Below are positions 1 through 12,416 of a stretch of 59,892 nt of DNA, piece after piece. A model generated the notes under the pieces. That model was not told the origin of the DNA. It did not search any database and saw nothing but the letters and a program-made list of their open reading frames with translations. Source of the stretch: Gonapodya sp. JEL0774 (Eukaryota). Both the position numbers and the translations under genes were made by a program. Numbering within the stretch: position 1 is the stretch's first letter; the number at the start of each line of letters is the position of its first letter. Location: NCBI GenBank assembly GCA_027604505.1, contig JADIIX010000065.1, positions 62,001 through 121,892 of the forward strand. The letters are read 5' to 3'.

Positions 1-92
1 CATTTGTGGCATGGTATTTTTTACATTCACTGCCGTTTCAACCACTAATCACTTAAATAAAGCAAAGTCCTCCTCTTGCTCATGACTTGAAC

Positions 93-1288
93 TCATCGGT
101 TCATGGCCCAAATTCTACCAAGTGTCCACATCCCTCCCTCCACTACCCGCACGCTCTCCACCACCTCCCTTTGCCCAGTATCCAGGGCCTGGGACGCCGC
201 ACCACGGAGCCATCTCGCGCTGGGACGAGGAGCCATGATTGGAACCGTGAGGTCGATTTCCGCGACGATGTGAAAGTCCTTCGCCCCCACCGCCCCATGC
301 TGGCGTTCCTTTCGTGAGCGTGTGGGTTCCCATACACTATCTGATGCGGATTGGCCCTGCAGCGACAGCCATCCTCCCCTCCCAACTTCCCCGACGAGTA
401 CATCCCAATATCCTGATTGTACATGATCGTGAAGGAACCTCACGAGCCGGCGCGACCAGTCCTCGTCGGAGTAGAACATGTCCCCGACAACAATCAGACC
501 AGGTCGGTATGCAGGCGCAACGGTCAGTGCAGCCGATTCAAGAACGTCGGGTGTCAAATACATGTCGGTAAGAATGCTCAAGCCAGAATCTCGACCGTTT
601 TGGCGTCGAAGTTCATGCAGGTTTACCAAATCACCGTTCGCGAGTGTCAAACGGCCGGAATCGGCCAGATCAGAGGAAGTCAAGCGAGTAGGGCGCAGAG
701 TGGCATCAATGTTTACGGTGGTAGCCGCAAGGGAGAGAAGGGAGATATCATTCCCAACGACGAGTTGGGCTCCGCGTAGGAGTGCGGCGATAGAAGCTGA
801 GCCGCAACCGCAGCCGAGATCAACCACAACGCGGCCATGACAAAGAAAGCGGTCGAATGCTGGCGCTGGATGCAGAAGAAAGCGAGTAAGGACCTGGCCA
901 CCTGTTGTGAGTTGATTGAGGGTTCACAAGCACATTCAAGTCTCGTGGAGATCTCACCTGCCCAGTAGAATGCCCAGAAGGCATCTATTTCTCCTATTTC
1001 CCTCTCCGCGTCTTGTTCTGTCCATCCGAACATCGGGCTGGGAGGTATTCCCAAGTGCAGCGTCAATTCCGGTGTGATGTGTGACCGCTTGCTGGGATAG
1101 GCGTGCTTTACGACGAGTTTCGCCAAGCTTGCAAGACTAGACGGGTGGGGGTGGTTGATCGAAGACGAATCGGAACTCGTGATGGACCGATGCAATCGAG
1201 TCTTTAAGGTGCCGATAACAGCGAGCGTGGGTCTTCGATAGCGATGTAAGGAATAAAATAAGTGAAAGCCAGAGCAATGCATTGACAT
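93..1288 (-). CDS. Lysine methyltransferase, ETF-beta KMT/METTL20-like (methyltransferase family 16)
   Basis: Two exons joined over a GT-AG intron (902-957) give FWAFYWAGGQVLTRF...VVDLGCGCG (SAM motif I)...VVGNDIS...IVVGDMFY. Start codon uncertain. Confidence 0.75.
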
Positions 1289-1746
1289 CCTCTGAGACGA
1301 TGGTTGTTGGCTGTGAGTGCTATGTATGAAGCCACAGCAATATCAGTTTGACAGAGTACCGGGACCTGCTGTTTTCCAGTCAACGAGACAGCATACCCGT
1401 TTCAAAGTTGCTTATTGGTTTCTAGAGACAGGCTGTAGCTTCTCCTAGTCTACCTGTCCTTAATAAATAAGCAATGACGATCAACTAAACGACTGACCCC
1501 CTGGCGACATTCCATTCACTTGTCTTCTCCTAAAATCACAACCGGAGAGTGACTTGCTCTTTTCTAACCGGCTGCATACAGTGTGCCTGGCTACTGGGTT
1601 GTCGGACTCAGAGTCTCCTGTTGACCATCATGAAGGTCTTGAACCCTGCCCGTGCGTCATTGAAGGAGTACATAATTCGCGGCGTAGCCGTTGATTCAAA
1701 ACCAGGATGTACACCAACTAACTTTTCGCGATTAACATGCCAAAAT

Positions 1747-4700
1747 CTAAAGTCGTGCCTTTCCTCCATCTATTGTGGATTTATCTGCATCGGTGAACGG
1801 GACATAGATATCCTTGTTCGGGGGCATCCAGAACGTTGAGGGTTTGTATCCTTCTTTTTGATATTCCACCTTCCGGTGTTTCATTGATGCTGTGAGCTCC
1901 ACCGCTGGAGCCAAGCGAATGAAAATGGGTACCGCATCTGAGGAACAAGTAATTAAGAATGAAGCTAAGCACACACAGTCCTCAAAGACGCCTTACATCG
2001 AGGCAGCTTTTTTAGGGCGTGCTTGCCCAGTTCTTCAAGCAATTTCAGCTCCTTCTCCTTTCCCAAGTTTTGGTATTCTGGTTTAAGAACTACAAGGGCC
2101 ATTCCCGCTCGCCCAATGTGATTGGGAACTGTAATCGGCGAACTGCATTATTCCTAAATCCAACATGTGTGCGCGGAGACAAAGAATCACCTTGAACACC
2201 ATATACATTCGCTTCTTGTATTGCTGGATGTTCACCAAAAGCGTTGCCGACCTCAAAGGTTGAGACATTTTCGGATTTCCTTAAGGGAATATCGTTTTGA
2301 AGTCTTACGTCGAATGTTGACCCACTTTTGGAGAGCTTACCAACGGAACGCTGCATCGCAAGAGTCATGGAAGCAACCATTCAAGATCTTTTTGCACCAA
2401 GACCGGACGGATTTTTTGCTACTCACTATCACCGAGTCGATCAACTGTCGACAAGCCAACCAAGAAATGCAAACAAGCTGAGTTCCGCATGCACGCATTT
2501 CCAGTCCACGACCGGAAACCCACCAAAGTAGTAATAGTAGTCTTTGTTCATCATCACTAAATCGCCCATCCTCCAGTAGGCGTCACCTTTCTTGAACACG
2601 TTCCGGACGACTTTTTTCTAGGTGACGAAAAAAAAAAATCACGCAATTCGGATTCTCCGCCAAAGGCTCTTCCAATACAGATCATAACTCACCTCAGTCG
2701 CTGCTGGGTTATTGCGATATTGAAACAGTCCCGGCGTATACTATTAGGTATGGAGGACACTCATGTTGGTCATTTTGTCACGCACCACCATTACCAAACG
2801 TACCGGCCCGATACACTCTCCGGCTTCTCCCGGTTTTGCGAATATACACAATCCATTTCCATCCCGTATGGGCTCCTCCGTAAACTCGTCCACCTTGATC
2901 AGATAGGGTCCGTTCTGAGCCCATGTCGCCAACGGCCCTCGTCTCCCAACCGAGCCGATGCTGTCAATGCCACCAACGTAATGGTTGTAGATTACCGAGG
3001 TGCCGTCTGAAGCGGCGTAACTTCAATGGATAAGACTTGCCGTGTGAGATAAGACGGGAAATACCAGCACATCGAATACCACATACAGTTCCAGAATTTC
3101 CTCTAGACCAAATCGATCATAGAATGCTCTGTCAAGTTACAGGTGGGTTAGGTCCATCAAGTCAATGCAACTCTTTTACTCCACGACAAATGAACCTCAC
3201 TTAAAGACATCGCCTCTCATGCCGTTCCCCGTTATTCTCTTGACATTGTGTGCCTTATCATAGGGACTTGGCGGCTGCGCTAAAAGATACTAGATATCAC
3301 ATATCACAAATCTTTTGATTGAGATTGATCTCGGGGAGCTTGACAACGTCAGCAGCCACTCACGCGAGCCAGTTCCCCTACATAGTAGAAAGAAGTGCCG
3401 CCGTAGTCCGCAACTTGCTTCCAGAACTTGCTGGCGGAAAATTTTCGCAAGGGGACCATTGCAGCTCCTCTGCCGTACGTCGCCTGGTATCGGTAACCAG
3501 GAGAAAGGACTTTTCCGCGATTTCGTTGCTAACCGATGGCAAAATATGTGCTCACCTGCATGCTCAACCAGCAGCTGTATTCCACACCCCAGGAGAAACA
3601 GTTTCACCGTGAGAGAGCGCACAACGTGCACGCGCATGCCCACTCAAACATTATCGTCCCACACTCACGTCGCGTGACTCAATGGCAACACCGCAATCAT
3701 CACGTCATGGGCTTGGGGCGTGACAAACGTCAGTTGACCGGTCGGAGCAGTGTATGCAATGCCCCTGGAGTGTTGAGAGAACCCTGCCTTGGGCATGCCG
3801 GTCGTACCCGAAGTAAACATAATGTACGCAGGGTCTGCAAGAATTGATCGGAGATTTGCACCACAGGATGCTTTTTTGCCTCAATCTCATGGACTAACCT
3901 GAAGCTTTCGTCTCTGCCACGATTTTCATGATTCGGTGTGCGGCATCGCCGGCTTTGGTACCATGCAACAGGTAATCCTCCGTGATGACCAGATCCGCGA
4001 CTTCAGATGCCCCAGGCCTTCTGGAGATAACCTTGCCTTGTGAGTTCGGTTCGTAGCCCCGAGTGCCATCGATTAAATTGGTTCGTGGCCAGCCTTGATT
4101 AAGGGGATTACATAACTTACTGTTTGCGCAACCTGCCATCTTCCCTCGTTGATGGGCACTCACCATTCTCCCACATGACGGTCTTGATACCCTTCTTCTT
4201 TAATTCCGGCAGTATCTCTTTCACGGCCTCCAAAAATACCGGCTCGAAGACCAACACACTCGCGGCGGAGACATTCACACAGTGGATCAAGGCTGCACCG
4301 CGGATGTTAGTGTTAAGCGGAGCGGTAACTATGCGGGCAGAGAAGCAAGCGTAGTAGGAGAAGATGATCTCGGGGCAGTTCTGGTGAGCCGGAGTGGTTT
4401 GGATTGAGCGAGCCAATCCTTTTCACTTGATCTCAACCCAAAAACGCACCTCAAACATTAGCGCACAGGTATCCCCACTTTTCATTCCCACTTCATCCAT
4501 CAGAAAGTTTCCAAAGGCGAAACAGGTGCTGCGCATTTGTCGATACGTCCATTCGCGGTAATCTTAAAAATGCCCACGCAACGCTTTGAGAAAAATGGAG
4601 ACTCGCATATGAAATAGCTGCGCTTTATACCTTCACTCCGAATCGCCATTTTTTCTGGATGCTGTTGGACTTTCTCCAACCAAGCTGACGCACTGTTGGC

Positions 4701-5022
4701 CTTCCCTGTAGTTGCGCGTTCCATGGTAAACCCCATCACTTTGTTGGCACGTCTGGAAATGGGAAATATAGAATTAGTGTGGTAGATACAAAATTACAAT
4801 ACGGTTGGGCACAAAGATCGTTGCGGAGTGACCAACTAACTGTATAATGCCAACGTCATTTCCAATGCTGAATCGAGCGTCTGCCCACATCGATCCGAGC
4901 GCCACAGCAGCAGCAGCTACGGTTGCTGGTCCTGCACTTGAAACAGAAGAGAGCTGCCCATTTGATGCGAAAGTATCGGGAAAGATTGAGGTGCCAGTCA
5001 AGCGGGTGCTGAGATTTTCCAT
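1747..5022 (-). CDS. FAT1: Fatty acid transport protein / very-long-chain acyl-CoA synthetase (SLC27/FAT1 family), multi-exon
   Basis: AMP-binding motif YIMFTSGTTGMPK (~3790-3825), YWRMGDL, SENVSTFEV...IQEANVYGV and C-terminal AVPIFIRL...ELTASMKHRKVEYQKEG; hydrophobic N-terminus; ends GGKARL*. Confidence 0.9.
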
Positions 5023-5283
5023 GTACGTACCAGGCCGTGAGCATTGTTGATGACTAGCGATGGAATCGCGTCCATGCCGACGGGTGTCCGCGAGTTCTGG
5101 GACAAGATATTGCCTTTTGATTCCGGCTCTTGATTCCGCGCTGGCCGAGAGCCGAGCTACGGTCACACAGTACTGCTTCAAGCTATGTATCTGCTATTGT
5201 TTGCATTTTACTTGGCAAAGATAGTATTACTAGTTATTATCAATGATTAAGGTGGGTACATGTGTTATACTCATTGAAACTAA

Positions 5284-6841
5284 TCATTTATATGTCGACT
5301 CGTGCTGTTTGACACTCTCCGTACCGGGCGGCTTGTACACCAATACCGGCGCCGAACAATGTGCGAGAACGTAGTTCGATACAGAGCCGATAACAAGGCT
5401 GAGAATGAGTAGGGTTTAGGCAACGGGGATGGATGCAGATGCATTGGGTGTAAGTCGAGGGTTTGGGATACCAAGATTGGTACAGGTCTGCAACACGAGG
5501 CGGACCAACAACGGAACACCCACCCCTTCAATAACGTCTTGCCCGTACTACCCAGGACAACCATGTCCGCTTTCAGGCGCTCTGCAGCGTCGCAAATGGC
5601 TTTGCCTGGTTCCACATTGAACGTAAGCGCAAACTCGCATTTCACCTGTGTGTTGTAAGTAAAGGGAGGAATGTTCAATCTCTCGACCGTCCAAGGCGAC
5701 CTGAGAGGCCGGGCACTGAAGAAGATAGAAGAGATACAAGCTCTTCGGGACAATCTCGGTGTCCATGTAATGCCAACGCTCTCATTCCCTAGCACGTCAT
5801 CGATCACTATCCACTGTTCTCACCTGCTTCCCTTTCAACAATTCCCACTTGGCGCGTTCAGTGTGGGCACGGAGCTTGGGGGCCACGGCTTTTCGTATTT
5901 CTAGTTGGGAAGGTCCTGGGTTGGAGTGCAACAGGGGACGAAAGTTCGTCCACAGAACGCGGAAAGGTGGTTTTGTGAAGTGTGAAGTGAATGTGGCAGT
6001 CAGGCTCGGAGTGGGGGAAACACGCTATGGCAACTTCCGGAGAACAAGGCCTAATCATGGAGTTTCATTCTTGCATGACTTGTGCGTGTGCGGTTGTGTA
6101 GGTTGTTCAGAGAGTGTCTGAACACGCTAAACAACCGTAGTTCAGAGAGTGTCTGAAAACGCTAAACAAGCCCACACGCACAACCCCCTTCAATAACTAC
6201 TTCATCAGCGGAACTCCAACCACACTTTCACAAAATGACTGAGGACTCAAATACTGTAACTCACCACTCTTTTCCGTGTCGGTGTACAGCATCACCAATG
6301 TGTCACCGGATTTCAAGACATTTCGGCACGCAAATCGGAGTGCGTAGTCTGCGTGGTCACTGAATTAAGAGACGGAAGCGAGATGGAAGGCGGAGAAAGG
6401 AATGTGAGGTTCACAAGCATGCAACGGTTCATTATCATTTGAGGAGACCAGTTGAGGTCAAGGGAAGACGTCTGATTGGTACAATCCCCCGTCCCAACGC
6501 GTTGAATTATCGCTGGCACAGGCTGCAGTACTGAAATCGAATCGCCCATCAAGACACCACCAAAGCTCGCCTTTTTCAAACTAGGCAGCGTGATTGGTTA
6601 TAAAATCACACTCTCCAGCTGAGAATATGAGTCCGTCCATTCCACTTTTCTATCTTCCTCAACAACTTCCCCGCCAACCGCTGGGCACCACAGCCTCAAC
6701 AAACCTGAAATCCGAGGCCACGAGCACCTTTTTTGGCTTGTCCTCGTCCTCGTGGGGCCCGGCACTCGCGGATATCGGGGCCGCTTCAATGACTTCTTCT
6801 ACCGGCGGGGGGCTCGGGGTGGGAGCTGGAGAGTGGGACAT
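5284..6841 (-). CDS. Universal stress protein (USP domain), 5 exons
   Basis: Spliced product KKVLVASDFSDHADYALRFAC...PGKAICDAAERLKADMVVLGSTGKTLLKGLVIGSVSNYVLAHCSAPVLVYK matches the UspA pattern; GT-AG introns at approx. 6360-6704, 5901-6264, 5646-5823 and 5399-5524. Confidence 0.88.
6105..6169. repeat. Tandem duplication (2 x 30 bp, 35-bp period) inside USP intron 2
   Basis: gttcagagagtgtctgaacacgctaaacaa (6105-6134) and gttcagagagtgtctgaaaacgctaaacaa (6140-6169), 1 mismatch. Confidence 0.9.
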
Positions 6842-7295
6842 TCTTGGGGGGCTACGATCAACGGAAGGGCTGAACAGGCGAGAGCGCGAAAAGATGAATC
6901 GGAAGGTTTGTATGTGAAAAGGTGGAGTTTAAATGTGGTGAGTCACTGACAAGAGGTTGCACCAACACGTGTCATGGAAACCAAGAGACGTGTTCACTCA
7001 AGGGGCGAGAAAGTTTGTTACCCAAGGATTTCCGTTTAACTATACTCATCAAACCAAAATTCAATGTGGGATCCTCGTTTTTCTTGTGTGACGCACAGAA
7101 TCAGGCAGGAGTTACGGGCATGAAGAAAGACAGCTAATATATTCAAGATTGAATACAACGCTCAGGCGTATGTACTCGCGGTGCGGTAAAATTATGGTGC
7201 ATTCGGAATGCCGCAAGGGCGGGACGGTGTTCGGAAGCATCCGGCAGCTCCCGCCCGTCATCATCTGAAAGTTACTGCTTCACACAAGAACATTG

Positions 7296-9669
7296 ATGGC
7301 TTCAGCCAAGAGCCCATCCGGCTACTCCAGTTTTTCATCACGGGAATCCAATTTCATCCCTCAGCATGACCCTTCACCAGTTCAAGTCTTGAAAACGCTC
7401 TCTTCGCATTTAACCAATTTGCCTGTCCGACGCCGCTTCAACACCGTTCGGAGAGCCGCCGTTGTCTGTGTGCTAAGAGTTAAACCTAACGATGATCAAG
7501 GTGGGTGAGCCAGGGGGTTCACGCAGACTGGTTGCAGAAAGGACTCGCCCACCCCCCGTGTCCTGCTCATATATGTTTGAGTCGGGGAGGCCCTGGTGCG
7601 AGCAGGCCTTGTGGACAGCACTTGGTATATTTCTTGTCCTTCGAACTTTTTTGTCACTCCACACCCTTCCGGATTCTTACTCTGTCGAAAGCACACCATC
7701 CTGTTGCACAACCACCCACCCTTACTTCCTTTTGCAACCTGGACTGGGTCAAGACGGGGACACTGGAAGTACTGTATTGTAAGAGAGCCGTAAGGAAAGG
7801 TGATAGGGTGAGTCTGGATCAAAGGTTTGCAGAATAGGGACCACTTGGGGGACCAGGGGGAACTTTGCAAATGCCCCCACCAAACGAGGTGCTCTACCAA
7901 TATGTGGGAGTGAAGTTAGTGAAGTTTTGGACTTGCTTGAGATCCGTGTTCCATCAACCTCTTTTTCCACGTCTTCGTGCTTCTCATCTCCGCCTCTCCC
8001 CTCCAAGTGGTCAGGCCACCTAGCATTTCCTGGCGGCAAAGTAAACACTTCGGAAGGAGAATCAGATCAGATGGGCGCGGAGAGGGAGTGTAGAGAGGAA
8101 ATGGGATGGGATCTGGGTGATCGGAAAACGTGAGCTACTTGAGGTGACCTGTTGCGGAGCAACCAAGTGGGTGCGGTGTGCCATGATGTTCTGTGAACGG
8201 TGCAGTGCGATGCAGTACGTGGAGTGGTGCTATCACACCGATTTCAGTTGTGAGGTGATCAGAAACTGCAAGCCCAGAATCAACAATCGCAATCGCTCGC
8301 ACGCAGTTGGCCTAATAACCTCTGAACAACAAACTCACTTTCGTATTCCAAACCCTTATCCGTCTAGATTTCTCCCCCTCGGCTTCTTGGACCAACGCTC
8401 AGTCCCGGGCATGTCGGGCCGCCCGAACTGGCTTGCGGTCACTGCCTTTATTTACCTCCTCCTGACCCCCACACCGCCACCTTTATCGCTTCACCTCCCC
8501 GAACTCACCCATGCCTTTTTTATCCCCCTTGCATATTTTATCGACCTGTACCGTATGGATGACCCCACGAAACATCCGAGTTGGACCCTGTTGGAGCTCG
8601 ATGTGGGGGGGATTGTCGGTGGGGCGGCCGGGCTGGGAAATGGAACAGCGAGGAGAATTGTTGGGCTGGGGATTGGTGGGCTAGTCAAGTGGGCGGTTGG
8701 AGATGTGGTCGGGTGAGTTCGATACATTTGGTGTCGGAATGGATTTGTCGCGGAGCTTTTGTCGCTATCATATTCGGCTGGCAACAAGGAGGATATTCCA
8801 GCTGCAAACAATGACGACCATGAACCAGCGGTTACTTTTGAATTATCCCCGCGGTAGATCTAATCATTCCACATCACGTACCATCTACGTCCTTGCACTC
8901 TCCTTAGCTTTCCAGGCCTCATCCTCCCGGCCACCCTTGAACCAGCCACTCACTCTTCCATCAAATCCAGCATTTCTTCCAAGTCCGCTAAACCACCATC
9001 TCAGCTCACGACTACCATTATCTCACACCACCCCCACCCCCCGCCCATTCTGTGGGGACTCACCCTATCCATCACGTCAGATGTTTTGGATATGTGCATG
9101 GAACCGGGTGACGTGAGTGCTGTGCCCTTTGGAGCACGACTTGGGAAACGGTATCGGGGAGATGTGGGGTGGTGGGTGAGGTGAGGGTTGACTTGAGAAG
9201 TTTCTTTGCTTACTGTGCACTGAAAAGAGAAATAATTTGATTTGGACCGGAAGGAATTTTAGTGGCGGGAAAGCCCCGTGGGAGGTTCCGGTGATGAGAA
9301 AGCCCATGTATGCTTCCCATGCGACTCCTTCGACAGACTCCACCACGAGCAACGGCACGGATGCAGAATCGATAGAAGCGGCGGAAGCGATGTCAGCAGA
9401 GGATACAGAGGGGAGCGTGGAGGCAGAGGGCAGTGGGAACCGAGGGTGAGTGAGGGGACATCGTGCTGGCGTTCACAATACGTGTTGTTTCCTAAGTTCT
9501 CCTATTCGCGTTGGGATCCACATCTAGCTCCACACCACCAGATTCCACCGCACGACCCTACCCTGACGTTCTTGGAATGGCCGTGGTTGCCGCAGCGTCA
9601 ACCCGTGTGGCTTTGGCAGCGGTAGGGTTGGGCCTGGTGGGAAAGACTTTGGCGAGGGGAAGGTTGTGA
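7296..9669 (+). CDS. Nudix hydrolase, CoA-pyrophosphatase (NUDT7/NUDT8/PCD1/NudL)-like, multi-exon
   Basis: RRAAVVCVLRV, VLYCKRAVRKGDR|WSGHLAFPGGK...ESDQMGAERECREEMG (Nudix box) and LWGLTLSITSDVL. 3' exons and stop codon are uncertain. Confidence 0.8.
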
Positions 9670-10022
9670 GTTCCGCGCATATGAGTTTGGGTTCGAGCTT
9701 TTTACAGGATTGACCGTGGTATAGTCGATGTAGAAATAGAGAGAGATCGTACCCACTAGTCAGAGTTTTGCTCACGAAACCGGGAATTTCAGTGTACGTA
9801 GTAGTTGAGGTGCGCAGTTTCATTCGACTCCTCGAATGCCAAGTGGCGTGTGCGGGTTCAGGTCTCCCACATTTTGTCAGGGTCAACTTTCAACCACTCG
9901 ATTTGGAATAAGAGAAACAGCCCTTCCGTCATCCCCCGTGTACTTTCAGCTGCGCATTCTTATCCGGATCTTGAAGCCTTGTTTGCGATCGATCGTTTAC
10001 AGCTGCGATCAGTTGAGGAAAG

Positions 10023-12160
10023 ATGGATTTGATGCGGCGGATGCTGAGCACGTCCAACGAGGTGAGCGAAAGACGTGAGGAATAAGTAATGTTCTGCAGT
10101 TGAGTTGAAGCTGATGAAGAGACCCCTGATGGGAAAATTGTACATTCTCGGCAGGGTCAGCCACCTGCTGCCCAGAGCTCTTTCGCCTCCTTTGCAGGAG
10201 GCAGGTCTCGCGATAGCCGAAAGGCTCGTGGTGAATCTGCCCATGGAAACAACTTCTTCCGGTCTGGGCGGCAGGGTGACAGCGCTTATTCAATCTCGGC
10301 ATCCCCACAATCGGAAAGGTACAACTCTCCAACCGAACCCTCTTCCTCGTACGTTCCTGCCACGTTTGGCGAAATTCCCTCACCTCGATCCCCTGCATCG
10401 CCTGCATCGACACACTCGTACCCGGACTCGACAAGGAGTTTTTCTTCTTTCTCCCGGGGTGGTTGGATGCAGAGATCCACGGCGACCTCCAGTCCTACGT
10501 CCACGTCTACGTCGACGGTGCTGGATCTGCCTTGGCAGCATGAAAGCGTCCCTGCCGTCCCGTCGCCAAGCTCACCGTCGGTGCCAGCGAGCCCGTCTCG
10601 AACCGACCGGAACGATCGAAACAACCATCTGAGAAAGGCGTCGACGGCCACCAACGCGACAGCAGTCACTACCGCGAATGACAAAGAGGAAGAGGAAGAT
10701 CGTGGACGTGGGCAAAAGCGGAAGACCAAGAAACCGGGAGTGAAGAGAAGTCGAAGTATATTCTCCCTCTTTTCAAAGAAGGGGAGCGACGACGAGCAAG
10801 AAGAGAATGATAACGGCGAAGATCTCAACAATGACAGGGCAGAAGAGAGACATAAATGGGGCAGCCGAGGTAGGGCCAAGAGCGCTCCGCGGAATCCTGT
10901 ATCTGTACCTGCGGAGGAAGAACAGGAACTGCAGTGAGTATGCTTTCTTTGCTGTTCGCTACCGCTGAACAGTTAACACCGCGTAATGGGCTTTCGCATG
11001 AACTACCCATCCTCTTCCATAGCCCCCGCCGTCTAGACTCTGCCTTCGGGACCCTAACAAACCTATCCGATTCCCCCAAAGCAAACTCACCCGCAATCCC
11101 CATCACCGTGGTCCCTGGTGACTATGACCCTCCCATTCCCCCGCGGCGGAGTTTTGGTGCAGCGCTGCGGGATCAAGTTCTGCGACCTGACGGTTCATCG
11201 ACGTCGCAATCGTCACCGGCACCTGTTCCACCTCCTCGATCGGAAGGAAGCCGTTCGCGAACGATGTCCACTCACGCTCATTCGTATACCACTGGCTACA
11301 ATGATGCGAAAGAGGCTGGATCTCCAAGAACAGACTCTAATTCAACGTCAATGTCCTACACGTCAGTTCTTCCCGTCAAGGCTGATTACTCCCAGGAATT
11401 CTCCCCCAAATCTGACACGAGCAGCACTCTGTACTTCCCCAGTCCAACTGAAATGTCTTCGGACAAGCATTTTGACACCCGTAATCCGACACCCCGAAAT
11501 AGCGACTACTGCAACTCCACATCTTCAGGATCCGGATCTGCTGGTACAAAAACTCCTCCTCCCTCACACACCACAAAGCGTGGAATGTCTCCGACGTTTG
11601 AGGATATTGTAGACGCTTTTGAGATGGAGGCAGCGTTGATTGCGGGGCGGCGGACGAAATCTTCGGTGAAGCCGGTGGCTGCACCAGAGCAGAGGTCGGG
11701 TCCAAGCATGGCGGTTTTGCTTAGCCCACACTCCGCGCCTGCAAGCCCGAATATCACTTCGAAGAGCGCACACAGATACTCACCCATAAATTACACCACC
11801 GAGACGGAGCTGACTCCACCCGTCTCAATGGCAACAGCGTCAGCGGGCCCAGCAGTACCCCCTCCAGTAGAATTGGCGATAAGCAGGTTGAAAATTCCTG
11901 AAGTGAAGGAGCTGGTGCGGAGGGTCTCTGCGAGAAGAACGAAAGCGTCGGCGAACGCGAGCAGTGCAGCAGAGAAACAAAGCATGGATGCTATGCTTAC
12001 TTCCTTGTACGAGGATGTGGTGAGTATCGGAATTTTTCAGTGAGTTCTTCAGAGGGTCGAAGTTTCTGACCCATGCGCAAACCCCCTTGTGTGGATCCCT
12101 CTAAACCCACTATCACAGCTGAACCTCGATGCCGAGGCTCTTATGCGGAAGTATTCGTGA
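10023..12160 (+). CDS. Hypothetical Ser/Pro-rich, probably disordered protein
   Basis: In-phase GT-AG splicing links MDLMRRMLSTSNE, long S/P-rich ORFs (10155-10934, ~11020-12019) and a short last exon (LNLDAEALMRKYS*). Pro-rich motifs PPIPPRR and PVPPPRS; no recognised domain. Confidence 0.6.
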
Positions 12161-12416
12161 AATCTCTGAATAAACACAGGCAGAGGGCAAGGAGGGAGGG
12201 AGTTTTGCCACGCCAATTTTGTGGAGCCACCTTGTAGCTCTGGTTTTGCTATTTATACGTACTTATGTTTCATTGATGTACAGATACTTTTCCATTTCAA
12301 GCAAATGTGCGCTATTTTGTTGTTCGTTCGTTGGTTGTGTCCAAAGAGCTCTGTGGTCACAGGGTCCCTCGGTGGTGATGAGTTTTCTCATTTCTGTCTG
12401 TCAGTCCACCACCCCA

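Noticed and set aside
6105..6169. 30-bp repeats as a CRISPR-like array
   Set aside because: Only two units with a 5-nt spacer, inside a eukaryotic intron, and no cas genes.
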